From NCBI GenBank assembly GCA_038231455.1, contig JBBRLI010000007.1:32001-96000 (forward strand): 64,000 nt of DNA, in the 5' to 3' direction. Below, in pieces: positions 50,106-61,252 of this stretch. Numbering within the stretch: position 1 is the first letter of the stretch; every line of letters starts with the position of its first letter. Position numbers and translations under genes: made by a program. Under the pieces are notes generated by a model. That model did no database searches and was not told the origin of the DNA. It worked only from the letters and a program-made list of their open reading frames with translations. The stretch is from Vulcanimicrobiales bacterium. GTDB lineage: Bacteria > Vulcanimicrobiota > Vulcanimicrobiia > Vulcanimicrobiales > Vulcanimicrobiaceae.

Positions 50106-51031
50106 GTCGTCTCCCGCACCAGGTCGAGGAACGCGCGCTCGAAACCTCCGTGGTCACGAACGATCTCGCTCACCTCAGCACCTTCGCCGACGAGTGCTCG
50201 GTTGAGCGCTGCGGAGTTGGGTTCCTCCGAGAACGTCACGAGCAGACCGCGCGGGTTCCGTTCGACCGCGCTCACGCCCGGAAGCGCACGAACGGCAACG
50301 AGGGCCGTATCGGAGACATTCGTTGCGACGACAGTGACCTCGGGCCGACTCGTCCGCTCCGCAAGTTCACGCGGCGATCCCTCGGCAACGAGTTTTCCCG
50401 CGCGAATGACGGCGACCGTGTCGCACAGCCGCTCGACTTCTTCCAAATGATGCGTCGTAAGGAAAACCGTTAGACCGTCCTCGCGAACGAGCTGCGCGAT
50501 ATCGTCGCGAAGCGCGGCGGCGGCCTGCGCGTCAAGTCCGGCAGTCGGCTCGTCCAAGAAGACGAGTTTTGGTTTCGAGAGCAGCGTCCGCGCGATGCCG
50601 AGCTTGCGACGCTCGCCGGTCGAAAGTTTGCTCACCCGGCGCTTCATCATCGCGCCGAGTCCTAACTTGTCGAGCAATGCCTTTGCGCGCTGTGTCGCAT
50701 CGTACGGCGTCATGCCATAAAACTCGCCGAAGATCTCGAGGTTGGTAAGCGCGTCGAGTTTGCCGTACACGCCCGGCGATTCGAGCAGCAGCGTTACCTC
50801 GCGACGCATCGCGCGCATCTCGCGCGGAATATCATAGCCGAGCACGCGCATCCGGCCAGACGTGGCTTTCGACAACCCGACGAGCGTCTTAATCGTCGTG
50901 GTCTTGCCGGCACCGTTGGGACCGAGGAAACCGAAGACGATCCCGCGTGGAACGCGTAGCGAAAGCCCGTCGACCGCCGTCGTCTCATCGAAGCGGCAGA
51001 CGAGATCGTCGATCTCGATCGCGTAGTCCAA
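50102..51031 (-). CDS. ABC transporter ATP-binding protein
   Basis: [14 protein letters not shown] signature variant, [15 protein letters not shown]. Confidence 0.95.
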   Translation of the reverse strand: MDYAIEIDDLVCRFDETTAVDGLSLRVPRGIVFGFLGPNGAGKTTTIKTLVGLSKATSGRMRVLGYDIPREMRAMRREVTLLLESPGVYGKLDALTNLEIFGEFYGMTPYDATQRAKALLDKLGLGAMMKRRVSKLSTGERRKLGIARTLLSKPKLVFLDEPTAGLDAQAAAALRDDIAQLVREDGLTVFLTTHHLEEVERLCDTVAVIRAGKLVAEGSPRELAERTSRPEVTVVATNVSDTALVAVRALPGVSAVERNPRGLLVTFSEEPNSAALNRALVGEGAEVSEIVRDHGGFERAFLDLVRETT

Positions 51032-51035
51032 CGGC

Positions 51036-51500
51036 TCACCTCAAAACTTTTGCGAAGTGCCGGTACTCGAGCTCGAATCCGCGAGTTTCATAGAACGCCC
51101 GGCCTCGTTCGTTCTCGCGTACGACGTTGAGCGAGAGATAGCGTGCATCGCTCTCCCGTGCCCATTGTTCCACATATTCGAGCAGAGCCGAGCCGATGCC
51201 CTCGCCGTCGCGAACCGTTGCGATTTCTGAGAGATGCGGATACCGTTCGTTCGTAAAAAAATCGTCGTGCCACGAAACGAACGCAAATCCAAGCCGCTCG
51301 TGGCCGTTCTCCGCAATCAAGACCAGATCGCGCGGCTGCGGGTCATCGAACGCCGCTTGCAATGCGCGTTCGGTTCCGGCGATGACCTCCGTGCGCGAAC
51401 GCCACGCCGTCCCCGCATCGGCGAATCGAACGGACAAGCCGACGACGAATGCGGCGTCCTCAGATCGTGCGCGGCGAACGGTTACGTCTTGCGTCTTCAC
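51036..51500 (-). CDS. GNAT-family acetyltransferase
   Basis: G.GIGSALL..VEQWAR, LNV...N..GRAFYE.RGF. Confidence 0.85.
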   Translation of the reverse strand: MKTQDVTVRRARSEDAAFVVGLSVRFADAGTAWRSRTEVIAGTERALQAAFDDPQPRDLVLIAENGHERLGFAFVSWHDDFFTNERYPHLSEIATVRDGEGIGSALLEYVEQWARESDARYLSLNVVRENERGRAFYETRGFELEYRHFAKVLR

Positions 51501-51553
51501 CCGGTCTGCGGTTCAGCGCACAGCAGAGCTTTCCCCAGCGACCGGATGACGCG

Positions 51554-52465
51554 TTATTTACCGCTTTGCCAGACGTCGAGGATCGGCGCGACGTTCGCTG
51601 CCTGCCCGGCGTGAGCGGTTCCCTCGAGATCTTCGATCGTGCGCAGAACGTCGTAGTGCGTGATCGGCTCGTCGTACCGGCCCGGCTTGACCATCGGCCC
51701 AAGAAAGAACGTCGGGATGTGGTTGGTACGCGGCGAGCTGTCTTCGTCCCACGTGACGATCACGAGAGCATCGTGCGAATACGCCCATGAAACGAGCGGA
51801 TCGAGGTGCGCCTTGAACCAGGCGTCGCCGGACTCGATGCTCGCACTGTGCATATCGTGCACGAGGTTCGGGATGATGAATGCAACATCGGGCAGCGAAT
51901 CGTACGATCCAAGCGCCGCGTACGAAACCCACGACGTTTTGGGAATATTCGTGAAATGCGTCCACGGCGCGTGTTTGGCCGCGTATTGTCCGGCCGTACA
52001 GCCGGTGTAGCCGACCGTGGGCTGGTCCTCGGAGTACGCGCGAAACGTGCGATGCGCGGCGATGAGTTCCGATCCAAGATTCGGCGCATCGGGCGCGACG
52101 CCGACCGGCGGACAGCCATCGCCGTTCCGCGTCGTTTGTCCGGAGAAAAGCGCATAGTAATTCGGCTGACTCGGGTGCGCGAGTCCGTGCGAATTGGTGA
52201 AGATCGCGCCGCGCTGCGAGAGGACGTGGAGATACGGCGCGGAGTCTGCATCCTTGACGATTTGCTTGTACGACTTGTTCTCTTCGATGACGACGACGAT
52301 CGAGCGCGGCCGCTTCGGGAGTTTGCTATGCGCGATCGCATCGCCGACCATGGGCAGGGCCGCCGGAAGACGCGTCAACCGCGTGTTCGTGGGGCGGAGG
52401 AACCAGTAGACAATCCCCGAGATCGCCGCGAGAACGACGACGATGAGGATGGTTCGTTTGATCAA
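51554..52465 (-). CDS. Phosphoesterase / acid phosphatase family protein
   Basis: N-terminal TM; VVVIEENK, HPSQPNYYALFSG, YAAKHAPW, HDMH, VTWDE, THYDVLRTIED. Confidence 0.9.
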   Translation of the reverse strand: MIKRTILIVVVLAAISGIVYWFLRPTNTRLTRLPAALPMVGDAIAHSKLPKRPRSIVVVIEENKSYKQIVKDADSAPYLHVLSQRGAIFTNSHGLAHPSQPNYYALFSGQTTRNGDGCPPVGVAPDAPNLGSELIAAHRTFRAYSEDQPTVGYTGCTAGQYAAKHAPWTHFTNIPKTSWVSYAALGSYDSLPDVAFIIPNLVHDMHSASIESGDAWFKAHLDPLVSWAYSHDALVIVTWDEDSSPRTNHIPTFFLGPMVKPGRYDEPITHYDVLRTIEDLEGTAHAGQAANVAPILDVWQSGK

Positions 52466-52582
52466 GCCGCTGCTTCCTTACTCTTCATCCTCCAGGAATA
52501 CCCCACTCTGACCACCGAGTAAACCACCCGCGCGTAAGACCAGCGCAACCAGTCACGATGCTGCAATAAGGTGGACGCAAAA

Positions 52583-52987
52583 ATGGAACTCGCACCGTAT
52601 ATTTTCTTCCACGGTCGCTGCGAAGAGGCGCTCGAATTTTATAAGGCGGCGCTTGGAGGCACGTACGAAGCAATGCGCATGGCCGACTCACCGATGGGGA
52701 AAGATCTGCCGCCCGCCGCACAGCAGAAGATTATGCATGCAACCTTCAAAGGGGCCGGTATGACGTTTATGGCCTCAGACGGGCAAGAAGAGAAGACATT
52801 CGATCCCGCCTTAGGCAACATTTCGCTCTCGGTTACGACCGCAGACGCAGCCGAAGGCGAGCGGCTCTTCACGGCCCTTGCCTCAGGCGGCACGGTGGAC
52901 ATGCCGCTGAGCGATGCGTTCTGGGGCGGCCGCTTCGGCATGGTAACCGACAAGTTTGGCACCGAGTGGATGATGTCGATTTCCTAA
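52583..52987 (+). CDS. PhnB/VOC (glyoxalase-superfamily) protein
   Basis: PYIFFHGRCEEALEFY, IMHA, MASD, MPLSDAFWGGRFGMVTDKFG.EW. Confidence 0.9.
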   Translation: MELAPYIFFHGRCEEALEFYKAALGGTYEAMRMADSPMGKDLPPAAQQKIMHATFKGAGMTFMASDGQEEKTFDPALGNISLSVTTADAAEGERLFTALASGGTVDMPLSDAFWGGRFGMVTDKFGTEWMMSIS

Positions 52988-52998
52988 TCGACGGAATG

Positions 52999-53685
52999 TC
53001 AGGAGCCGGCAGCGACTTCCGAACCAACTCGATCGATCGTTTGCATGATATCTCTTGCCACGTAGTACTGTGTCCGATTGATATTCGTCAACGGCGTTAC
53101 TATTTCGTATTCTACGAGCTTCTATTCTACGAGCTTCAGTAGGTTTGCCGAAGCGGTCTGAGTCGATTGATTCAAGATTCGTCGCGCTATCCGCACGGAA
53201 ATGATCGGATTCGGAAAAAGGAAGTCGATAAGGCGGCGTAACGCGCCCGCAGAACGAGCTTTCGCTGCCTTTTGATAATAGAAACCACGCAAGATGTTCA
53301 GTTCGCGAACTCGGGCCGTCGCATCTCGTGCCTGCGTTGCAACGCCGCGCAAAAAAAAACAAAATCTAATCGTCCCATTTTCCATCGGCACGTACAGAAA
53401 ACATGAGATCGTTATATTGAATCCGTCGCCGTTCAAAGTACGCCGACAGAAAAAGCATGGGGGCCGATATTGCCGATTCTTTAACCAAAAATAGCGGCGG
53501 TAGTAGCCTACCTCAACGACCGTTTCCATCGAAGAATGGATGAATGGCTTCGAGAGGGCTAGCACGACCTCAGCCGTTAGGACCTTGGCGCCCAGCGACA
53601 AGAGCCTGGGGACAAATGCGAACCCGCCCTCGGAGATCGAAACGAGTTCTCCGGTCCTGCGATCGCTAAACGCCGCCACATCCAC
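52999..53685 (-). pseudogene. Degraded Fic-family protein
   Basis: N-terminal AFVP..L segment joined out of frame to EAIHPFFDGNGR*GRLL (Fic motif with in-frame TGA); further frameshift; 15-bp tandem duplication 53108-53137 creates a TAG in the C-terminal HTH. Confidence 0.85.
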
Positions 53686-53831
53686 GGTGAGCTAGACACA
53701 GGGGAGATGGCATTATCTCTACATGAAACACTGCACCTCTCGACACTCGCTCCATAGCCCTGACTCTGTGCCAAAAAAGAGGCACATGAGTCGACGTGGA
53801 GGCCCAAGAGTACGTTCTTTTTGCGGAGTTC

Positions 53832-54332
53832 TTAGCCCGGCAACTTCCACGACTGGCTGGTGGAAGCGCTGCATTTGCTCATGGTCAGTCGGTCGAGTTT
53901 CGCCGAATTCTTGACGCTCAGGCACTTGCCAGAACCCGCGACTTCACTTGAAATCGCTGCGCGAAACTGCTTCTTCACCGCATTAAAACTGAAGAATTGG
54001 TTTTTTCGGTCCGCGCAGGTCTCCGCAGCAAGTTGCGACGGGTCGGTTGCCTTAACGGCGAAGCAGACGGTCTTGTTCGCGCTGATGATCTTGTAGTAAT
54101 TCGGGCCAACGGTTTGCTCGAACCACTTTTGCGTCGCGGATCCGTTGCATTTTTTCAGCATCACGTCGGCGCGCGCTCCGCCGCCGGGGACGATATCCAA
54201 ACATTTCGAGGAGACGCGGTCGGACTGCATGGTGCCGACCGGAGAATCGAGTTTAGTTAACGTCTGCGCGCTCGCCGGGCACCCGGCAAGGAGCAGCGCG
54301 CCGAACATGAGGGATGCGATAACTTTTGACAA
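53832..54332 (-). CDS. Secreted ricin-B (beta-trefoil) lectin-domain protein
   Basis: AAAGGA RBS then TTG54332; signal peptide; KCLDI...CNGSATQKW, C...C...NQFF, KCLSV...C...SQSW (QxW) repeats. Confidence 0.85.
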   Translation of the reverse strand: MSKVIASLMFGALLLAGCPASAQTLTKLDSPVGTMQSDRVSSKCLDIVPGGGARADVMLKKCNGSATQKWFEQTVGPNYYKIISANKTVCFAVKATDPSQLAAETCADRKNQFFSFNAVKKQFRAAISSEVAGSGKCLSVKNSAKLDRLTMSKCSASTSQSWKLPG

Positions 54333-54381
54333 CGTTGAATCCTTTCCAGCGGGAGCGATCGTGGGAATCACGACCGGCGAG

Positions 54382-54406
54382 AAAAAACCTCGCCGAGGCG
54401 AGGTTT
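54382..54406 (-). terminator. Intrinsic terminator after tRNA-Glu
   Basis: Minus strand aaacctcgcc-tc-ggcgaggttt followed by a T run. Confidence 0.8.
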
Positions 54407-54410
54407 GACT

Positions 54411-54485
54411 TGGTAGCGCCAACGGGAGTCGAACCCGTCTCTTCGCCTTGAAAGGGCAACGTCCTAACCGATAGACTATGGCGCC
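54411..54485 (-). tRNA. tRNA-Glu(TTC)
   Basis: GGCGCCATAGTCTATCGGTTAGGACG-TTGCC-CTTTCAA-GGCGA-AGAG-ACGGGTTCGACTCCCGT-TGGCGCT-ACCA. Confidence 0.96.
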
Positions 54486-54521
54486 GTAGGGTCCAGCCGA
54501 TAGACGGCCGCACAAGGTGTG

Positions 54522-54550
54522 ATTGTTCCATAAGTGCGGGCGTCCGTCAA
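54522..54550 (-). promoter_or_regulatory. Promoter for tRNA-Glu
   Basis: TTGACG-N17-AACAAT with TG extension. Confidence 0.55.
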
Positions 54551-54567
54551 CTAAAAAAAGCGTGGTG

Positions 54568-55291
54568 TATAGCCCCCAAGTAGAGACGTCCGGTTTTGGC
54601 CCCAATAGAAATGTCCGGTTGGATGGTTCTGGAGCTCCTCACCATGAGCCGGTCCGAAACCAAGCGCCTTGAGGCAATGGCCAGCCTCAAAACCAAAGCT
54701 CTCACCCAGGTCCAAGTCGCCCTGCAGCTCCGAATCTCGGAACGCCAAGTCCGGCGACTTTGGCTCCGGTTCCAGCGCGAGGGCGCGGCCGGGATCTTTT
54801 CGCGAAAACGTGGTAGGCAAAGCAACAACCGATTGCATCCCGATATCATCGATCGGGCCGTCGCGCTCGTGGCGGATCGCTACGCCGATTTCGGTAGGCG
54901 CTGCACTCTTTGCGCGAGCGGAGAGCACGCAATCCTATTTCGATCTGATCGAGCAGTATATCTGCCTGCACGGTAAGCCACGAGCGCTCTACGTCGATAA
55001 ACTCTCGGATTTTCACACAACGCGACCAATGGAACTCAACGTCGACACGCAATTCGGACGAGCAATGCGGGAACTAGATGTCGAATTGATCTGCGCGAAT
55101 TCACCGCAGGCAAAGGGTCGCGTCGAGCGAGCTAACCGAACGTTCCAAGATCGGCTCGTAAAAGAACCGCAAGAAAGCGCCACCGCTCCCGCCAAACGCC
55201 TCGGCATACCTCAAAATCGAACGCCCGAGCCAGGCCGAAAACCGGACATTTTAACTTGGGGCGGACCGGACAGAACCGCTTGGGGGCTACA
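54568..55291 (+). mobile_element. Internally deleted IS1202-family (ISNCY) insertion sequence with 16-bp target-site duplication
   Basis: ~53-bp imperfect terminal IRs (t[a/g]tagcccccaag...ccccaa...aaatgtccggtt); flanking direct repeat taaaaaaagcgtggtg at 54552-54567 and 55292-55307. Confidence 0.9.
54623..55170 (+). pseudogene. Transposase remnant (HTH N-terminus joined out of frame to a DDE-core fragment)
   Basis: LTMS...LRISERQVRRL...RGRQSNNR...RYADFG, then HGKPRALYVDK...TQFGRAMRELDVELICANSPQAKGRVERANRTFQDRLVKE. Confidence 0.88.
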
Positions 55292-55302
55292 TAAAAAAAG
55301 CG

Positions 55303-55377
55303 TGGTGGGCCCGGCTGGATTCGAACCAGCGCGCTACCAGTTATGAGCCGGCTGCTCTACCGCTGAGCTACGAGCCC
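55303..55377 (-). tRNA. tRNA with CAT anticodon, most likely tRNA-Ile2 (lysidine)
   Basis: GGGCTCGTAGCTCAGCGGTAGAGCA-GCCGG-CTCATAA-CTGGT...GCTGGTTCGAATCCAGC-CGGGCCC-ACCA; paired G1-C72 and no GGG/CCC anticodon stem argue against initiator. Confidence 0.88.
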
Positions 55378-55443
55378 ACGCACGCGGCGATTTCGCCACA
55401 GGCCAAGCGACCCCCGCGGGGCCGCCACGTGCGGACGGCGCGG

Positions 55444-56757
<1,314 letters not shown>

Positions 56758-57216
56758 CTAATTGCTTACCAGCCACGACTCGAGGTCGGACTTGCGCGGG
56801 AACAGTTCGTTCTTCTCGAACCAGATCGCGATTTCGCGTGCGGCGCTCTCGGGTGAGTCGCTGCCGTGCACCAGATTGCGGCCGATCGTTTGACCGTAGT
56901 CGCCGCGGATCGAACCGGGGGCCGATTTGATCGGGTTCGTCGCGCCGATCGTCGAGCGGCAGCCTTCGATCGCGTCGTTGCCTTCGACGACGAGCGCCAC
57001 GATGGGAGCCGAGGTAATATAGTCAATGAGCCCCTTGAAGAAGCCCTTACCATCGTGTTCGGCGTAGTGCTTTTTCGCACGTGCCTCATCGACCATCAGA
57101 AGTTTCATGCCGACGATTTGATAACCGCGACGCTCGAAGCGCGCGACGCATTCGCCGACAAGACCGCGCACGACGGCGTCGGCTTTCAAAAGGATGAGTG
57201 TTTGTTCGTTAGCCAT
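56758..57216 (-). CDS. ndk: Nucleoside diphosphate kinase
   Basis: QTLILLKADAVVRGLVG, HYAEH, GATNP, GSIRGD, NLVHGSDS. Confidence 0.96.
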   Translation of the reverse strand: MANEQTLILLKADAVVRGLVGECVARFERRGYQIVGMKLLMVDEARAKKHYAEHDGKGFFKGLIDYITSAPIVALVVEGNDAIEGCRSTIGATNPIKSAPGSIRGDYGQTIGRNLVHGSDSPESAAREIAIWFEKNELFPRKSDLESWLVSN

Positions 57217-57232
57217 AGCGGGAGGGACATAC

Positions 57233-58033
57233 GTGCCAAGTGACGCCGCCCCTCTGTCCCCACTCGACCTTGCGCTACTCGAGGCGATGACCGCAGGAAC
57301 AGCATTCGCCGACGTCCGCGTCCTCGACGAGACCGCGAGCACGAATACCGATGCGACCGCGCTCCTCGGAGAAGCGCCCGGGACGACAATCCTCGCAGAG
57401 ATGCAGACCGCCGGTATCGGTCGCACGGGGCGGACGTGGCATGCGCCGCGTTCATCGAGCCTGCTCTTTACGACGCTCTTGCCGGAGCCCATCCGCGTTC
57501 CGGATCTGTGGGCGGTGACGTTTTGGACGGCGCTTGCCGTCGCCGATGGCATCGAGCGTGCGAGCGGAATCCGGGTCGATCTCAAATGGCCGAACGACCT
57601 CTTGCTCGCAGGTCGTAAACTGTGCGGGATTTTGTGCATCTCGCGCGTCAGCGGCGAGCGGGCGTGGGTCGGCTGCGGTGTCGGCCTCAACGTCCATCGT
57701 CCCGCGGATGCGCAGTCGATTGCAGCAATCGAACCGCGGCCCGCGTTTCTCTCCGATGATGCGCCAAAGATCGACCGCTCGCGTCTGCTCGGCGAAGTGC
57801 TCCTTGCATTCGAACGTCTACTGCCGCTTCTCGGAGAGCCGGAAGCGATCGCCCGCGCCTGGGAATCCCGCGCGCAGATCGATGGCACGCCTTATCGACT
57901 CAAACTCGACCGCGACGGCTCGATCCTCGAGGGCATCGCACGCGGACTTGGCCGCGACGGTGCGCTACGCATCACGACAAGCGACGGCGGCGAGAGGGAG
58001 ACCCACCTCGCGGACGCACACGTCCTGCGCTAG
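57233..58033 (+). CDS. birA: Biotin--protein ligase (no N-terminal HTH)
   Basis: GGAGG RBS; STN, QTAGIGRTGRTW, KWPNDL, KLCGIL, GVGLNV. Confidence 0.92.
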   Translation: MPSDAAPLSPLDLALLEAMTAGTAFADVRVLDETASTNTDATALLGEAPGTTILAEMQTAGIGRTGRTWHAPRSSSLLFTTLLPEPIRVPDLWAVTFWTALAVADGIERASGIRVDLKWPNDLLLAGRKLCGILCISRVSGERAWVGCGVGLNVHRPADAQSIAAIEPRPAFLSDDAPKIDRSRLLGEVLLAFERLLPLLGEPEAIARAWESRAQIDGTPYRLKLDRDGSILEGIARGLGRDGALRITTSDGGERETHLADAHVLR

Positions 58034-58034
58034 T

Positions 58035-58250
58035 TTATTTTACGACCCCGCCGAGGGCGATGTTTGCTTTACCAAGTGCGGCGACCGCGCTTGACTCCGC
58101 ACCCCCGTCGATCGACAAACAGAGGTTTGCCGGTGTTGTGACGCTCGCGGGTTTCGGGATCATCTTCGCCGTGACGCCGGAATCTTTGAGCGCTTTGGTC
58201 GCGATCATCGTGTCGGCGTTCGATGAGAAAAAGAGTATGACATCGGGCAT
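58035..58250 (-). CDS. DUF3343-like small protein
   Basis: F.S...M.A.K.LK..G...MIP.P..V....LCL pattern; 3 nt after upstream gene. Confidence 0.65.
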   Translation of the reverse strand: MPDVILFFSSNADTMIATKALKDSGVTAKMIPKPASVTTPANLCLSIDGGAESSAVAALGKANIALGGVVK

Positions 58251-58253
58251 CGT

Positions 58254-59627
58254 CTACGCCGCGGACTTGCCACTGACGAGTTCGTCGAGACCCCGTGCGA
58301 CGTCGTTGAGTTCGTTCACCCGCGTTACCGCGTGTTGCATGCGGCCGTTCATCTCTTGCGCAAGCATGTCGATGACCACGACGTCGCCAAGAATTTCCGC
58401 GTTGAGCTCGGATGCTGCAAGCACGGTGTTTTTGACGCCGGTGTTCGTTGCGATGGTTCCCTCGGATGACATCGGTGCAGTCGTCGCGATCTGCATGAGC
58501 AATTCGCCTTGGCGCTCGACTGCGGCTTTCGTCTGCGCGACATGGTCGCCCGAAACCTCGGTCCCCACAACGATAACGGCCAGTTCTTTTGCCGACTCGC
58601 TCACTTGTTTTGAGCGTTTGATGATCGCGCGCGACACCGCCTCGACGACCGGGATCGCAAGCGCGAGTGCGATCACAAGGCCGATGAGGCCCCATAGCAG
58701 GAGCGACTGCGTCGTATGATTTTGGATGTCGTTGAACTGCGCGAGCGGCACGCCGTACCAGCGCGCGGCTACGACTTCGTTTTGATCGTTGAGAATGGGA
58801 TCGATCTGGGCAAGATACTGCACGCCGGCTTGCGTATCGACGCCACTATAGGACTTGCCGGCTTTGATCTCGGACATCCCGGTCGTCGTCGCAGAATCGA
58901 CGAGCCGCGTGCCGTTGGGACGCGAGATCGTGCTCGAAACGATCGCATTGTCGATGATGAGGGCCGATCTGCCGCCGAGCGCGCGTGAGGCCTGATCGAC
59001 GATATCGTAGTAGTGGTTGATGAGAATGCCGCCGTACACAGCACCGACGGTGCGTTCGTTCGTATCGCTGATGGGCGCTGCGGAGACGAGCGCGAGTCCT
59101 TCGGTCATCTTGCCGGTAACGGCGCCGCTTTCGTTTTTGATGTCGGCGCTAATTTGCGGCGCGAGCGCTTCGGGGGTGAGTTCGTCGAGCGAAAGGCGCG
59201 TTGCGGTGTTGACGCTCTCGCCTTGCAGCGCGCGTTTGATGTACGCGCTCTTGAGCTCGAGCCCAGCCCCGCCTCCGTTCGCGCGCGCGATAACTTTGCC
59301 GTTCCGATCGACGATGGTCAGAAACGAGAGCCCGGCGTTGCGGGCGACACTGGTGAGCGCCGTCTCGAGGGCTTTGGTCGCTTTTGCTCCGACGTTCTTG
59401 CGAATCGCTTCTTGAATCGCAACTTGCTGCGTGAGCAGGCGAACCTGATCGCGCTTCTGCTCCCAATAGCCGTTGAAGCCGAGCGACCCGCTCTGCACGT
59501 TCTTACGTCCAAGCGAACTCAAGTCGTTCGACATCGTCGAACGCGCCGCGAGCGCACTCACGATGAAGAAGACGAGGATCGCGCCGACAATTGTCCCGAT
59601 CAGTCGGGCACGCAGACCGAGCTTCAT
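58254..59627 (-). CDS. Two-TM Cache-domain sensor protein with short cytoplasmic coiled coil and no recognisable output domain
   Basis: TM1; [44 protein letters not shown]...YG (Cache-like); TM2; ~120-aa helical tail lacking the MCP tip or His-kinase motifs. Confidence 0.8.
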   Translation of the reverse strand: MKLGLRARLIGTIVGAILVFFIVSALAARSTMSNDLSSLGRKNVQSGSLGFNGYWEQKRDQVRLLTQQVAIQEAIRKNVGAKATKALETALTSVARNAGLSFLTIVDRNGKVIARANGGGAGLELKSAYIKRALQGESVNTATRLSLDELTPEALAPQISADIKNESGAVTGKMTEGLALVSAAPISDTNERTVGAVYGGILINHYYDIVDQASRALGGRSALIIDNAIVSSTISRPNGTRLVDSATTTGMSEIKAGKSYSGVDTQAGVQYLAQIDPILNDQNEVVAARWYGVPLAQFNDIQNHTTQSLLLWGLIGLVIALALAIPVVEAVSRAIIKRSKQVSESAKELAVIVVGTEVSGDHVAQTKAAVERQGELLMQIATTAPMSSEGTIATNTGVKNTVLAASELNAEILGDVVVIDMLAQEMNGRMQHAVTRVNELNDVARGLDELVSGKSAA

Positions 59628-61162
59628 ACGTTGGTCCCCTCTTGGGCGGCATCGGCAATGCGGTAGCGGCCGAGTTCGCCGGTAATCACCGTTGCTTGGG
59701 CGTTCATTTCTTCAGCCGAACTCAAGATGCGCTGCGCGGCCGAGGTGACCTCAGCGTTGACGTAGCTGAGGACTTCGACCGACGAGGCGTTCTGTCCGGA
59801 GATTCCGGCGATCCCTTCGAACGCACTCGAGACTTCGTTTGAGTGTGCGGCCATCTGCTGCGTTGCCGCGAGATTGGCTGCGACCGATCGCGTGATCTCA
59901 TCGAGCGCCCGTATGACGGAAATGGAATTCTGACTCATCGAGCGCGTCACGTTCGAGATTTGCGTGATCTGATTGTTCGATTTGAGAACCGCCTCGACGA
60001 TCTCGCGTAAGGCAAGCGACGCGTTATCCGTCGATGAAACACTCTCTTCGACGCGCTCGGTGAGACGCTGCATTGCGTGGGTCACCTCGGCGATGACGCC
60101 TTGCGTCGAGCCGATGTGTCCGGCGATTTCTTTGGTAGCCGCCACGCTGCCGTCGGCAAGTTTGCGGATCTCCGATGCGACGACCGCGAATCCGCGTCCG
60201 TGTTCGCCTGCACGCGCCGCTTCGATCGCGGCGTTGAGCGCAAGCAGGTTCGTCTGTTCGGCGATCCGGTCGATCACTTTGACGATGTCGCCGATCTGCG
60301 ATGAGTTGTCGCCGAGTTGACGGATATCGCTTGCCAATTCGCCGATCGTCGCGCGGATGGTGTCGAACGAACCGACGATCGTGTGGATCGCCGAACCGCC
60401 GCGGTCGGCCGTGAGCGACGTCTCCGAACTAATCGTTAAGAGGGAATCGACTTGTTCGGCGACTTCCTCGATCGATGAGGACATCGCCGTTACCGATAGT
60501 GCCGTTTCATCGAGGGTGCGCGTCTGCTGTTCGGCCGAACCCGCAATCGTCACGATGGCGTCGGTCAAGGACGTGATTTTTGCCTGCGCGGCGGAGACGA
60601 TTGAGGATTGTTCGAGGATGCCTTCTTCGAGTTGCTGTTGGGCAACCGAACTGCCCTCGATCACCGCAAGCGAATTACCGGCCGTATCGGTGAGCTCCGA
60701 ACCTGCGACCGCGAGCCGTTCGACGTTGCCTTTCATCGCGGACAGAAAATCGCGCGTACTGAAAATCAATTTATTGAGGGCGATTCCCAGCTCCGAGAGC
60801 GGTCCGTCGGTGACCGCTAGATTCTTCGTGAAATCGCCTTGCGAGACTTCGCGAATTCCCGCAGTCAACGCCGCGATCGTCGCGCTACTTCCGGCGACCG
60901 CACCGTTTTGGCCGCGTGGCAGGGCAACGGTCTTCGTCTTGCCGAGTGCCTCGAGAGCGGGGTTCTCGCCGGAGGGGGCGGTCGCGAAGGCCGCAAGCGT
61001 GAGGGCGGGTCCGGCTAGGAGGGCGGCCACAAGCGAATACCAGAGCAAGCCCGGTATCGTCGCCATCCAGATCGCGAATCCAACGAGCAGGACGCCCACC
61101 AAGGCACTGACGATTCGCGGTGCCGCGTTCATCCGAAGGGGCGAGGGTGAAGGCCCGGTCAT
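59624..61162 (-). CDS. Methyl-accepting chemotaxis protein without extracytoplasmic sensor domain
   Basis: Two adjacent TMs with almost no loop, HAMP (VSQGDFT), [37 protein letters not shown]. Confidence 0.92.
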   Translation of the reverse strand: MTGPSPSPLRMNAAPRIVSALVGVLLVGFAIWMATIPGLLWYSLVAALLAGPALTLAAFATAPSGENPALEALGKTKTVALPRGQNGAVAGSSATIAALTAGIREVSQGDFTKNLAVTDGPLSELGIALNKLIFSTRDFLSAMKGNVERLAVAGSELTDTAGNSLAVIEGSSVAQQQLEEGILEQSSIVSAAQAKITSLTDAIVTIAGSAEQQTRTLDETALSVTAMSSSIEEVAEQVDSLLTISSETSLTADRGGSAIHTIVGSFDTIRATIGELASDIRQLGDNSSQIGDIVKVIDRIAEQTNLLALNAAIEAARAGEHGRGFAVVASEIRKLADGSVAATKEIAGHIGSTQGVIAEVTHAMQRLTERVEESVSSTDNASLALREIVEAVLKSNNQITQISNVTRSMSQNSISVIRALDEITRSVAANLAATQQMAAHSNEVSSAFEGIAGISGQNASSVEVLSYVNAEVTSAAQRILSSAEEMNAQATVITGELGRYRIADAAQEGTNV

Positions 61163-61225
61163 GGCATCCCGTCTTTAAAACGATTGAAAACGCGCCGTTA
61201 GGCACGTTCGGAAGCTTTTCCTAAC

Positions 61226-61252
61226 ACTTCGGCCGTTCCGCTCCGGTTCTTA
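61226..61252 (-). promoter_or_regulatory. Possible sigma-28-type promoter for the MCP/Cache operon
   Basis: TAAG-N15-GCCGAAGT on minus strand. Confidence 0.45.

Noticed and set aside
48351-54411. Integrative element bounded by tRNA-Val and tRNA-Glu
   Set aside because: No integrase or duplicated tRNA 3' end found; most genes have host-like composition
55303-55377. CAT tRNA as initiator tRNA-fMet
   Set aside because: Has a paired first base and lacks three consecutive G-C pairs in the anticodon stem; resembles Ile2
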